A model generated the notes under the pieces. The model was given only the letters and a program-made list of their open reading frames with translations, did not search any database and had not been told where the DNA came from. Made by a program: the position numbers and the translations under genes. Shown here one piece after another: positions 10,892 through 24,239 of a DNA stretch of 64,000 nt; positions within the stretch are counted from its first letter, which is position 1, and the number at the start of each line of letters is the position of its first letter. The DNA is from Anthoceros angustus (lineage: Eukaryota; Plantae; Anthocerotophyta), in NCBI GenBank assembly GCA_010909165.1, contig VJWM01000117.1, positions 620,001 to 684,000 on the forward strand, in the 5' to 3' direction.

Positions 10892-13800
10892 CACTGGTAC
10901 GGAATACTATTCTCGTCACGGGCCATGGTGTGTGTGATGTTGTTTTTTTGGCTGTACTTTGTTTTTTTGGCTGTACTGTACTCAAATATGCCACGGCATC
11001 TTCAAGATTCCTTCATATAATACACGTATAATACGTGCCACATCAGCCTGGGTAGGGTCGTGCGCGGGCGAAAAACTTTCTATCACACACTTTTGGCCCG
11101 GTGTTCCCATTGTGTCAAGCAGAAGTTTTGTTCTTTGGGTTACGATCACCATACATACATGTTTACACGCGGCAGTGCACACATGCACAGTTTATTTCGC
11201 AAGTTTGGCCCGCGTGCAGGCTTCGCTCTCGCGTGAAGGCTTTGCTCTCCCATGACAGTAGCTACAACATGCACCTAAGGCTTGTGCATCGTGCAGCATA
11301 AGAGGCTCAGCCGAGGCACATGTTTAGGATCCCTTGTCTCATTTCTCGTCACTCCCCTTCATCACATAGCATTTGATGGCCTGGAGAAGGCATCCAGGCC
11401 ACTCTGGACAACCTTCATGCCTTGTCCTGGCCATCAGAAGCATTTGAAGTGATACCCCCAATTTCAAACATAAAACTCCACATTTGGGGTCATGCTTGCA
11501 CAATTGCAATTACAAAAACAAGACAAATGTTCAAGTTTGTGCTCCCACCTCATGGTGGGAGCTCCTCTACCTAGCCATGCTCCACTCAATCCCAAACTGC
11601 AGTAGGGCCACCATCTCCATGCTGAGGCAAGGCCCCTGCTCTTGAGTTGAACTGCCTCAGAGCCTGAGGGGAGCCTCAATGGGAAGGCGGTGTAGCGTGT
11701 AGCAGCATGGCGAGTGTGCGCTCCCGTGGGATTAGAGAGGAACAAAGGCATTCCACATGAAAGGGAATGGATGGGGGAAAGGGGAATGTGGGATCGGAAG
11801 GGTCCTCACCAACGTGCTTTGTGGCTGGTGCTACCCTAACCACAAGTGGGCAAGAGAAAAAAAGTTTGTGTGCATCATCAGCTTGACGAGATCGGTACAC
11901 CAGGAGGCCCTGGTGGATGCTTTGCTGCACAAGCATGGAGTGAAATGGTTGAGGAACGCCATTGATAGGGTAGTGAAAGGCGTTGGCAGGGCACCACTGT
12001 TGTTTGGTGGGCTTAAGGAGAGGAGATACGAAAAAATATTGGACCTAGTGAGGACAAAGGTTGTCAACGACCTGGGCTACCTGACAAGGTGGCGGGACTT
12101 TTCGAAAGCAAAGAAGGCCCGATTAATCAAGTGTGTGAGGGAGTCCTTTCCAGATTTATTGGTGAAGTTGTGCATAGGTAGACATTTCTCCCAAATGATG
12201 CGCACACGCAATTGTAGGTATGTGGATCTGCGGCGCGTTGGAAGAAAAGAGGGAACTCCTCGAGGAAACCTTCCATGGTGGACGAGGAAGGTGGGAAGAT
12301 GCCTTAGCATGGGCTCAGGAGGAAAAGGGCGCGTTTGAGCCTTCAAAGCACGAAAGCGCAGCCAGAGACTAGCAAAAATGGCGGAATGGGTCCAAACCCG
12401 GGAAAGGGTCGGACATGGGTGTTGTGGTTTCACAAAGCGGTATGGCGCATTACCGCATCTTGAGAATATGGAATGCTAGAAGGAACCACAAACATGGAAG
12501 TGCTATGGGCGATGGCGGGCGATTCGCACGAAATTCCACAGGGCGTTTAGTAAATTATGCCCAAACCCTCGAGATGCAGGCCATTGCCAGGAGCACGTGG
12601 GAAATGACTACGTTGCTGAATGATATAGTTTTGGAGAAGGATCCTCATCTCGTGGCCTTCCCAAGGAGGAGGATAGTGGAAATGGGAGAATCCATCGGAA
12701 CGGATAGTAGGGCAAAGGATGTGAGGAGGCAAGGTATACGAGTCGCACAAGGGGAACCCTCAAACAGTGGTGGAGGACAAGTGACAATGAATGTGCAGGA
12801 AGGTAGGACAAATGGCAGGGGAGAACAGGGGAGAAGTGGAACCCGGAAAGGACAGGCACGTACCCACAGCAACGGTCCACCATGGGAGGACGGGACGTCA
12901 ATTGAGGTAGTAGGCAAGGGAGAACACAAGCAACCATCACACAAGAAAGGGGTGTGAGTGGCGAGAGAAGGAAATGCTTACACGGTGGGGCCATTAGATG
13001 TCAGTCGGAGGCGGGCGGGGCAATCTGGTGACGCCGTCGGCTGTACGAGGCGATGATGTGGTGGTCCTAGCGACACAGAACGCGTGTTTGGAGGCAGAAC
13101 GGTGCTGGTCATGTTTGTGGAGGAGGGGGGGTGGCACAGGGTGGGTGGAGCAAAAGAAGAACATGTTGGGGAGTCTGGCGTCACAACAAGTGAGAGGTGG
13201 GTCTCTTGTAGCATGGGGCCAGGTACATATGGAGGGAATGGTAGTGTCTAGCGAACATTAAAAGTTGAAACAGGGATGGTCAAGAGGAAGAAGGAAGGCC
13301 GGCGGAGGCGTGGGGTCACACATGTGTAATCGTAAAAAAACGTTGCCGTCAATGGGGGCAGGCACACAAGGGAGGCGAGAGACAGAAATGAGACATTTGT
13401 CGGGATTCCTGCAATTGGTGGTTGGCGGTGTTGACATGGTGACCGTGAGGAAGAGAACAGTGGAGGAAGCGGAGATGTGGCGAGGAAATAGTCTTTGTCT
13501 GATAGTGCATACAAAAGAAATCTGTGGACTATTTCTTTGTCTGTAACTAAAGATATGGATGGCGTGTGATATAGGTATTCCATACACTGGGGCAATGAAG
13601 CCTGAGAATGAGAATCGAATGAAGACTAGCGGTTAAGGAGAAGACAAGACAACTGCGCCGTCCGTTGGGCTGCAATTGTGAGGGTATATAGTTTTCTGGC
13701 AATCGAGTAGCATGCATGAGATGGAGACATTGACAAAATTGTGTCCATCACACTCACTATGGATGTGTATTTGGTTGCGGCACATGTGGGCACGGGCTGA

Positions 13801-14732
13801 TACCGAAACGAAATGCATACCCAAATTGATAAGAACCACTTGATCTTTTGCTTCAGTCGGCATACCTATGGAATACCGATATCGTAACGGGCCATCCATA
13901 TCTTTTTAGGGTTCGAAACAGAAAGAAAGAAGTCCCGCCGTATACGGTGGGACTATTTCTTTATGTCACGGATGACCACATCGGCATTCACTGCGGCCCC
14001 CCGGTGTACCGATGTCGTCAAGCTGATGATGCACAAAAATTTTTTTTCTCTTGCCCACTTGTGGTTAGGGTTGCTCCAACCACTACAGGCACGTTTGGTG
14101 AGGACCCTTGTGATGGGCGTTTGTGTGCGTTTGCTCTAGACCCTTGCATTGTTAATCTGCTTTGCAAATATTAGGGTTTTTGTTTGAAATTGGGGGTATC
14201 ACTTCAAATGCTTATGATGGCGTGGACAAGGCATGAAGGTTCATAGTGGCCTGAATGCCTTCTCCATGCCATCAGATGCTATGTGATGAAGGGGAGTGAC
14301 GAGAAATGGGACAAGGGACCTTGAACCCGTGCCTAGGCTGAGCCTCTTATGTTGCACGATGCACTAGTCTTAGGTGCATGTTGTAGCCACTGTCACGCGA
14401 GAGCAAAGCCTGCATGTGGGCCAAACTTGCCGAAATAAACTGTGTATGTGTGCACTACCACGTGTAAACATGTATATGTGGTGATCGTAACCCTAAACCC
14501 CAAAGAACAAAACTTCTGCATGACACAATAGGAACACCATGCCAAAAGTGTGTCATAGAAAGTTTTTTGCCCGCGTATGACCCTACCCAGGCTGATGTGG
14601 CGCGTATTATATGTGTATTATATGAAGGAATCTTGAAGATGCCGTGGCATATTTGAGTACAGTACAGCCCAAAAAAAACATATCACACACACGATGGCTC
14701 GTGACGAGAACAATATTCCATATATGCCAGTG
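10892..14732. mobile_element. Non-autonomous long-TIR (foldback-like) DNA element with CACTG...CAGTG termini
   Basis: 10892-11470 is the reverse complement of ~14181-14732. A second internal inverted pair lies at ~11797-11910 and ~14000-14108. No transposase recognised inside. Confidence 0.75.
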
Positions 14733-15121
14733 TGTACTATGTCAAGAAGAAAGCTTCGTCTCCTGATTCAGAAGCAAAGTATGAGCTACACCCCGGGGCT
14801 ATGAAGCGAAGTCCCGTCATAAAGAGGACTATGTAGCTAGTGAAGCAAGCTTGCGAGGTTTCTCTGTGTGAGGTTAGCTTTACAATCAGATTCATGCAGA
14901 ACTTTTCATCGTCTTGTTTGAGCAGTTGCTTTGCCCCGTGTGAGCTTGCGAGAGATGTTACCGCCCTCTCGGGGCCCGGGGTCCCGAAGCCGTGATTTTG
15001 CTGGTGCTGGTGCTATTGCTGCTAGTGTTGCTGCTATTGGTGGCAATGTTAATGGCACAAGAGGACAAGGTAGACATGCACTAAACTCTAAACCCTAAAT
15101 GCTCCACATGATGGAGGAGAG

Positions 15122-15538
15122 GTGGCGGCAGGCCCAAGGAGAAGGGGATCCCAAAGTGCAAGCCAGGTTAAGATCATGAAGATCATGAAGATCAAGCCCA
15201 TCGTGAACCAGCGGCAAACCACGTTCAGGAACCGCAACTTCGGGCTGCAAAAGAAGTTGATGGAGCTGGTGGTGCTGTGCGGCCTAGAGGTATACCTCAT
15301 TTGCTACAGCACCGACATTGGTTCCGACAAGCAGAAAAACAATGAGAGAAACAATCTGTTCTTGGGGACGCCGAGCGGCGAGGCTGTGATCCGGCGCTAC
15401 AAAGCCAAACCCCAAGGAGGAGCAGGAGAAGAGGAAGTAGGACAATACGGCTATGCTCGAAATCTTCATCAAGAAGAACGCAAGCGAGTGGGATTCGTTT
15501 CCATGCACACGTCAGGGCAGCTGCAGTTGATGCACTAG
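15122..15538 (+). CDS. Divergent MADS-box (SRF-TF domain) ORF, type I-like, intronless, possibly a pseudogene
   Basis: KIKPIVNQRQTTFRNRNFGLQKKLMELVVLCGLEVYLICYS aligns with the MADS consensus IKRIEN..RQVTFSKRRNGLLKKAxELSVLCDAEVALIIFS. First ATG at ~15176; no K-box seen. Confidence 0.65.
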   Translation: MAAGPRRRGSQSASQVKIMKIMKIKPIVNQRQTTFRNRNFGLQKKLMELVVLCGLEVYLICYSTDIGSDKQKNNERNNLFLGTPSGEAVIRRYKAKPQGGAGEEEVGQYGYARNLHQEERKRVGFVSMHTSGQLQLMH

Positions 15539-16358
15539 TCTTTTCTTTAGTCGACTGGACCTTCTTCCGGATCCAGAATGCCATGATGATGGGCTTCACC
15601 CGGTGAACCCAACTTCCACATATCTTCACTTGCAAGACTTGTGATTCACACAATTTGAGAGCTTGGGCGACGTTGCACACATGCTTCGTATTGTCCCACG
15701 TTTGTGAAGGAGGATTCAACAGCCACAAGGGTTTGGCTCCTTTGCATTGCATGCTCAAGGACGTGAGCTCGCCAAGGCATCGATGGCATTGGCAGTTGTG
15801 CCTTCCACCCTGCGGCCATGCACCGTTCCACCAATTTTGCACTTGGAGGTCAAGGAAGAGACTGACTTCTTGGACTCACCTGCATCTTGGGCACTTTCTG
15901 CGGGCCGGACCGGGTGACATGGGAAAATTAATGGCCCTTAATGGCCTTGGGGCCATGGTATCGATGTAGAAGGTAGAAGGGTGGAAGGTGAAACTGGCCT
16001 TGTCTTCGCCAAAACCCCCGCCATGGCATCGATGTCATTGGCTGTTGTGCCTTTGGGCCATTTCCCATGTTACCCGACCCGGCCCCAGAAACTGCACCAG
16101 GTCAGGTGACCACTTTTCTATGCACAGCTCTTCCCAAAAAAATGGAAGGGCTTGAATAACATATTTTACATAATAATTTTATTTTAAAATTTTATTGTTT
16201 GATCTCATCCACATTACTTGAGCGAGCCGTCACGACATAGATAAATAACATAAACAAAAAGGTTACATGAGCAACAGGCACACCCGTTCGATGTTGGCCT
16301 CATAGGCGTCGAGATTAAAGAGTGCAGAATGGGGAAACGGCAAATAGTATTCCCGTTC

Positions 16359-16896
16359 AACGATATCTAGGGATGGGGTGCACGTGCATGGTCGCCACGC
16401 CTCTATCATTTTTTAGTACCCTCGCTCCCTCCAACCCATGTAGCCGCTTTCGCGAGCTATGGCAAACATGACATCGCGGATAGCGTCGTGGGTGGCGATG
16501 TGATGACCTTCGTGGGGACAACGAGCAAGGTGAACCCCAGAGTCATCGAGGGCAGAGCCACACTCGTAGGTAAGGAGGGAAGATCCCACAGGCTAGAGCA
16601 GTGGTGAAGGTGGTTGGTGCGATGACAAAACCCCGTATAGATGGACGAGCGGAAGCCGCGCCCGCCTTTGCAAACGGGCGGCCGAGCCCTCGTAGACACA
16701 GGGATGGAGGGTCCAAGGAAGAATGACCCGGCCGGCGCTTCTCAAGTAACAATGCTTGCAACTCCCTGAAACCATCGGAGATGAATATCGAGAAAGGAGG
16801 AAATTCCCGCCGAGTATTCGCAGAAAGTATTTCCCTAGCCTGCCTCAACGATATCTAGGGATGGGGCGCACATGCATGGTCACCATGCCTCTATCA
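16359..16896. repeat. ~50-bp direct repeats (CAACGATATCTAGGGATGGGG...CCTCTATCA) flanking ~440 bp
   Basis: Copies at ~16359-16409 and ~16846-16896. Confidence 0.75.
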
Positions 16897-17179
16897 CAAG
16901 GCGATTTTTTTTTTTGGAGAACTTGAAGACTTTATATAGATATTTCAGAGTATAGATGGAAGTCCAATGGGAGTTTTAGCTTGGAGTAACCACAAGGCAC
17001 TTTGTAATATGGAGGACGTTTAGCATGGAGTAACCCTGTAGGGCACTACCAACTGGAGTTTGTAATCTGAAGGGCCCTGCACAATGCGGGGACCAAGGGC
17101 ATGATATATGGCTAGGGAATGAGTGGCACCCCATGCGAGTACTAATTCATCCCAACAACCCTTGACTATGGAGTTCAAA

Positions 17180-17740
17180 TGAACCCATGTACGGATGTCA
17201 CTCTTTGAAGGAAGGGAAATTCCAATGAATCTATATATGGATGTCACTCCTTAAAGGAAGGGAAGTTCCAATGAACCCATGTCTGGATGTCACTCCTTAA
17301 AGGAAGAGAAGTTCCAATGAACCCATGTCATGATGTCATTCTTTGAAGGAAGGGAAGGCAAAATCTTTTTCGATGCCTCGAAGGAAGGGAAGTTCCAATG
17401 ACCCATGTGTGGATGTCATTCCTTGAAGGAAGGGAAACAAAAGGTTTCGTGCTCGTTCTTCCAATGACCCATCTGTGGATGTCACTCCTTGAAGGAAGGG
17501 AAAGCGAAACCTTTTTCGTGCTGGTTCTTCCAATGACCCATGTGTGGATGTCACTCCTTGAAGGACGGGAAAGAGAAACCGAAACCTTTTTCGTGCTGGT
17601 TCTTCCAATGACCCATGTGTGGATGTCACTCCTTGAAGGACGGAAAAGTGAAACCTTTTTCGTGCTGGTTCTTCCAATGACCCATGTGTGGATGTCACTC
17701 CTTGAAGGAAGGGAAAGTGAAACCTTTTTCGTGCTGGTTC
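17180..17740. repeat. Minisatellite, ~60-66-bp unit (CCAATGACCCATGTGTGGATGTCACTCCTTGAAGGAAGGGAAA...)
   Basis: Tandem repeats; the array recurs at ~19065-19530. Confidence 0.9.
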
Positions 17741-18419
17741 ATAAGGACCAATACCCCTTGTTTCTAGGTACTACTACCAATACGCATCGACGCTGGTATG
17801 ATAAATGCTATGTTAAAAACATATATATTTTGAGATAATATAGACTATTATTCATAAATATCTTTTAATACATCAGTTTTAATCTTTATAATTATGTGGG
17901 ATTTTGAATGCATATGCTACATAAACACATTTAACGGGCACGAGTCCACCACATGTGCACATGAAGTCCCTATCCGCACAAGGCAAGTGTGCACCTCAAG
18001 TCCTTGCCAGCAGAGTCAACAACATGCGACATATGTACATACATACATACGCTGCAACCCGGTCCTTTATAAGGACATACATAGGTACATATGTATATAT
18101 AACCGAGGGCCTGACTGAAGGGTTCTGAAGTGCTATGAGGCATCCCCTTCCTTCACTCAGATCTCGAACCTCCCCGGATATGAACTTGACAATGGCTGCC
18201 CTCTCACTTCCAAATCGCCCTTTCCTCGCAGTGGTAATCCAAAAGAGGAGACACATTAAATTCAGATGTCCCCTCATGGAAAGGGGTGAAGATCCGTTAT
18301 AGCGACCTTTTCTGCTGTCTCAGTTTGAACAGGGATGGCGTTAAGCAAGCATATTCACCCCTCACAAAAAAGCAAGAATCCCTGGCGTACGCACGTGGGC
18401 ACTGGCAAGCTCTCCCTTC

Positions 18420-19065
18420 TCATGGCCGACCCTTACAACTGCAACAACCATTTGCGAATCGATGCACACGGTACCCATCCCTTACAACAATGTCTCTGTT
18501 CAAGCCTTGACATGATCTCCGTGGAACTGTGGCAGTCACTGCATGCGTATGCGTAGATTCTTCGTTACCACCAGAGGTGTCCACTCGGAGTGTTCAAGAG
18601 ACCAAACGCCAGAGCTAGCTTCTCAGCATGCCCACAAAGCGCATCTTCCTTTTCCTTCTCACACAGTGGCTTCAACACAACACCACTTTGTGTGGGTACA
18701 TGGCCTCCTTCCTGCTTCAGACGTGCATTCGTGCTCTACCTTAAGCGCAATATCCTCCTTTCTCCCACCAGAAATCTATGTACCTGCTTATTCACCTCAA
18801 TGGTCGCCACTGCAGGTTTCTTGTTAGCTCCTGCTAACTTTCTCTGTGTTTCAATCCTGTCTACATCGGTCCACCTACCTGCATCTGCATAGGCATTGGC
18901 CATGAGCACATGCGCAGACGCCCTGAGGTCCAGCCTAACAATGCTTTCAAAACACCACATCGCCCTCTCTATATCCCCGTGACTTTTGCAGGCATTCAAC
19001 AAAGACGTCAAGCCCACAACATTACTTTGGCCCTCACATGATAATAGCATCTCTGCCTCATCTAA
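18420..19065 (-). pseudogene. E1-E2-DYW:KP (GRP) 3' fragment, indel-rich, part of a ~1.8-kb tandem duplication
   Basis: ORF 18736-19050 contains KKPAVATIEV; KGRP* at 18420. Near copy of 20188-20840. Confidence 0.75.
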
Positions 19066-19530
19066 AGGAAGGGAAGTTCAATGAACCCATGGATGTCACT
19101 CCTTAAAGGAAGAGAAGTTCCAATGAACCCATGTCATGATGTCATTCTTCTTTGAAGGAAGGAAGGCAAAATCTTTTCGATGCCTCGAAGGAAGGAAGTT
19201 CAATGACCCATGTGTGGATGTCATTCCTTGAAGGAAGGAAACAAAAGGTTTCGTGCTGTTCTTCCAATGACCCATGTGGATGTCACTCCTTGAAGGAAGG
19301 AAAGCGAAACCTTTTCGTCAATTCTTCCAATGACCCATGTGGATGTCACTCCTTGAAGGACGGAAGAGAAAGAAACCTTTTTTAGCTGGTTCTTCCAATG
19401 ACCCATGTGTGGATGTCACTCCTTGAAGGACGGAAAAGTGAAACCTTTTCGTCGGTTCTTCCAATGACCCATGTGTGGATGTCACTCCTTGAAGGAAGGA
19501 AAGTGAAACCTTTTTGCTGGTTCATAAGGA
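19065..19530. repeat. Second copy of the ~60-bp minisatellite array
   Basis: Matches 17250-17740 with many small deletions. Confidence 0.85.
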
Positions 19531-20187
19531 CCAATACCCTTGTTTCTAGGTACTACTACCAATACGCATCGACGCTGGTATGATAAATGCTATGTTAAAA
19601 CATATATATTTTGAGATAATATAGACTATTATTCATAAATATCTTTTAATACATCAGTTTTAATCTTTATAATTATGTGGGATTTTGAATGCATATGCTA
19701 CATAAACACATTTAACGGGCACGAGTCCACCACATGTGCACATGAAGTCCCTATCCGCACAAGGCAAGTGTGCACCTCAAGTCCTTGCCAGCAGAGTCAA
19801 CAACATGCGACATATGTACATACATACATACGCTGCAACCTGTCCTTTATAAGGACATAGGTACATGTATATATAACCGAGGCCTGACTGAAGGGTTCTG
19901 AAGTGCTATGAGGCATCCCCTTCCTTCACTCAGATCTCGAACCTCCCCGGATATGAACTTGACAATGGCTGCCCTCACTTCCAAATCGCCCTTTCCTCGC
20001 AGTGGTAATAAAGAGGAGACACATTAAATTCAGATGTCCCCTCATGGAAAGGGGTGAAGATCCGTTATAGCGACCTTTTCTGCTGTCTCAGTTTGAACAG
20101 GGATGGCGTTAAGCAAGCATATTCACCCCTCACAAAAAAGCAAGAATCCCTGGCGTACGCACGTGGGCACTGGCAAGCTCTCCCTTC

Positions 20188-22762
20188 TCATGGCCGACCC
20201 TTACAACTGCAACAACCATTTGCGAATCGATGCACACGGTACCCATCCCTTACAACAATGTGTCTGTGTTCAAGCCTTGACATGACCTCCGTGGAACTGT
20301 GGCAGTCACCGCACATGCGTAGGTTCTTCGTTACCACAAGAGTCGTCCCACTCGGAGTGTGCAAGAGACCAAACGCCAGAGCCAGCTTCTCAGCATGCCC
20401 ACAAAGCGCATCTTCCTTTTCCTTCTCACACAGTGGCTTCAACACCAGCCTTGTCTGGGGTACATGGCCTCCTTCCTCCTTCAGACGTACATTCGTGCTC
20501 TCGACCTTAAGCGCAATATCCTCCCTTTTTTCTCCCACCAAAAATCTATGTACCTGCTTGTTGACCTCAATGGTCGCCACTGCAGGTCTCTTGTTAGCAC
20601 CTGCTAACTTTCTCTGTGTTTCAATCCTGTCTACATCGGTCCACCTACCTGCATCTGCATAGGCATTGGCCATGAGCACATACGCAGACGCCCATTGAGG
20701 GTCCAGCCTGACAATGCTGTCAAAACACCACATCGCCCTCGCTAGATCCCCGTGACTTTTGCAGGCATTCAACAAAGACATCAAGCCCACAAGATTACTT
20801 TGGCCCTCACAAGATAATAGCATCTCCTGTGCCTCATCTAAAAGGCCTGCACGCCCAAGAAGATCAATCATGCAAGTGTAATGTTCAATAGTAGGTTTGA
20901 CACCATGCTGTTCAGCCATGGAATCAAAGTGCTTGCGACCATCATGGACCAGTCCCTCGTGACCACATGCTACTAGAATGCAAGTAAACGTAGCACCATT
21001 AGGCTGAATACCGGCAACTAACATCTCCTCAAAGCAAGCTAGTGCTCTGTGACCATCATCACAAGTACCGTACCCAGATATCAGGGCTGTCCATGTCACC
21101 ACATCCTTTGTGGCCAAGCTGTCAAAAACCTGGCGTGCATCTTCCATTTCACCACATTTCGCATACATCTCCACCAGGCAGTTGCCCAACACTACATTAT
21201 CCAGCAGTCCTCTTTCAACTATCTGAGAGTGCAGCTGCCTGCCCTTCTGTAAGGCACCAGTACTTGCACAGGCCTTCAGAAGGCAAGCAAAAGTGAGATC
21301 GTTAGCCAAAATCACCCCTTCTTGCTCCATTTGTCCATACACAACAAGAGCCTCATGTCCGAAACCTTGCTGGGAATACCCAGCAATCAGCACCGTCCAT
21401 GTCACCACATCCTTTGTCGCCAAGCTGTCAAAAACCTGGTGTGCAGCTTCCAGTTCACCACATTTTGCATACATGTCCACAAGGCAGTTGCACAACACTA
21501 CATCATCCAGCAGTCCTCGTTTGACAATCTGTGAATGCAGCTGCCTGCCCTTCTGTAGGGCACCAGTGCTTCCACATGCCTTCAGAAGGCAAGCAAAAGT
21601 AACGTGGTCAGCCACAATGAGGCCCTCCTGCTCCATTCGTTCATACGCTACAAGTGCCTCTTGCCCGAGCCCTTGCTGTGCATACCCCGCAATCAACGCC
21701 GTCCATGTCACCACATCCTTTTTGGACAAGCTTTCAAAAACCTGGCGTGCATCTTTGAGTTCGCCACATTTTGCATACATGTCCACCAGGCAGTTGCCAA
21801 CAAACAAGTTACTAGGAATGCCACTGTGCAACACATCAAGGTGCACTTTTCTGCCTGATTCCAAGTCGCTAGCGAATGTGCAAGCCTGGAGGGCAGCTAC
21901 AAAGACGTGATCATTCGCCTTCACTCCTGACCTACGCATCTCATGGTACAGTTGTATGGCCTCCTTAGGTTTCCCATGCTTAGCATGTGCAGAAATTATG
22001 GAAAACCACATGAAGACATTTGGTTTCCACCCTGGTGAACACATCCATGGCCTCCTGCAGCCTACCTCCACCTGCATACATGCGCAATATATGGTTCCCC
22101 AAGTATGCACTTGACTCGTACCCAAGTTTGACAGTGAGATCATGAACTCGTCGCCCCACAACCAAATCCTTCTTAGCTGTACACAGCTTTAACACATCAT
22201 AAAACAGAGACTGAGAAATAGCAGAGTCTGCCTGCGCCAGAGATTCCAGGGCTCCAACGGCCTCAGACAGCTTCCCCTGCTGACATAACATGCTCACTGT
22301 TCCAGCCGTTACGACGCCCATCTCTGATCCTGCACGCTTCACAGGCGGAAAGCTCGAGTTGGCAGAGGAGGCACCACCACCCATCTGCATATCATGGGAA
22401 ACCAGCTGCTCATCAACCCAAGCTGGCTTAAACATGTTGTTTAACCACAGGACCTCGCCGGACCCCTTCCGCAGGAAATCAGGCGAACGGGAGCTCTTCT
22501 TATCTCGTCTGTTGTCCAACCACATGGTAGGATCCAGGAAAAATTGTTGCCACAAGCGCTCCTGCTCGCTGGAAAACCCGTTCCCACCCACACATTTTCT
22601 CGGAAGTGGAAGTGCTGGGCTCCTTACACTGCTGCACCTGGGGGCTTTGTTTGCCAGTGGTTCACTCCCTAAAGTGAAGTGAGCGAGAGCTCCTGGTAGA
22701 ATCCCTGAACACACACCAATTGGTTGGGTCCACGACGGGTCCGGTTGCCGAACAGTGGCCAT
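20188..22762 (-). CDS. PDF-motif + PLS PPR-E-DYW:KP (GRP) protein with one frameshift (~22030, likely sequencing error)
   Basis: ORFs 21980-22762 and 20188-22161 join across a short deletion in GTAGGGAAACC. Contains KRPAVATIEV, HAEKLA and CGDCH, ending KGRP*. Confidence 0.85.
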
Positions 22763-23074
22763 TGTTCATCAGGGACCGCTGTCGGAAGATGAGTCTAAGA
22801 ACATGGCAGGCTGCCCAAGTTTGTATGTACAGTGTCTGATCACACCATCCGGGCTCCGATGGGGCCGAACCCAGAGTGCTTGAATGCAATCAAGGCTATA
22901 TATCCAACTGACCTAGGTGTTTGAGATAATATAAGACTTCTAGTTTTATGAAATAATAAAATACATAGGTCTATCAAATAATATAGAACACCTACCTGAT
23001 TGGAGTTCTCGTGAATTATCAAGTCTCGGCACATGAACAATGAGAGCGCTCAGAGCGCCTGGCACAAAGACAAC

Positions 23075-23340
23075 TTATGGAACAAAGCAAGGGAAACTTA
23101 CAAGGCAAACATGGAACAACGCAAGGGAAACTTACAAGGCAAACATGGAACAAAGCAAGGGAAACTTACAAGGCAAACATGGAATAAAGCAAGGAAACTT
23201 ACAAGGCATGGAACAAAGCAAGGGACAACCTACTAACAAAGCAAGCATAGAACAAAGCAAAGAACAACCTACTAACAAAGCAAGCATAGAACAAAGCAAG
23301 GGACCATCTATCAATAACGCAAGCATGGAACAAAGCAAGA
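23075..23340. repeat. Minisatellite, ~33-34-bp units (ATGGAACAAAGCAAGGGAAACTTACAAGGCAAAC and variants)
   Basis: Tandem repeats. Confidence 0.9.
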
Positions 23341-24054
23341 GATGACTTACAAGGCAACCATGGGACTAAGTAAGCTTTTGGTCCCCGAAGAGAAGGAAAA
23401 CACCACCAAGAGGTGTACCCCCAGGGTGGCATAGTAACTACAATGGAGGCATCCTGCTCCCAAACTAAAAACAATTGAGCCTCAAAACGTTTAACCAACG
23501 ACTTCTCATCTCAACATGTTTATATGTACTCAAGTCCCTTGGGTTTAGGGTTCCAACACTTTGGCATGACATTAATTGCTCTATCAACAGTGAGAGCAGC
23601 GGCTAATTCATTTGATAGCATCATGTTTGTTGTGCAAGTAGTCAAGCGGGACATGAGATTCCACTTTTGGACAACTCTCTTCGGCGCAACTACTCTCCCT
23701 CGACCTAAACCTACTCTTGTTTGTCATACCATTCCAGAATATTTTTTCCATCCCCTCGTTCTTCCATGACAATCTCCTCTAAGACTTGATCAAGCTTTGA
23801 TGACATTCTTCTCGTGCTCCTTGTGCGGGTATTGTTGTTCCAAGTGTTCTGTCATTTGCTGCTGGTGTTGCTTTATCATTTTATTGCTCTAAGTGCTTTG
23901 TCATTTTGCTGCTGTAAATAGTTGGCCTAATATTTTATGTAGAGCAGCTTGCGCTTTTTCTTGTGGTTAACATAAAATTAATGTATAGCATATGTACATA
24001 TTTGGGCAGGTGGAGACAAATGGTTTAGATAACTTCAAGGAAAGAAAGAAACAT

Positions 24055-24165
24055 ACCAGCAAATACCAACAAATACAAAGAATGTACCAACAAATGCAAA
24101 CAATGTACCAACAAATGCAAACAATGTACCAACAAATGCAAACAATGTACCAACAAATGCAACCT
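24055..24165. repeat. 21-bp tandem repeat AAATGCAAACAATGTACCAAC
   Basis: About 5 copies. Confidence 0.9.
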
Positions 24166-24239
24166 TCTATATAATCCAAGAAACCCAGAAGAGGTAAGAT
24201 GTGCAGCCCTCCAAAAATATGCATCTTTTGTAGTTGTAC

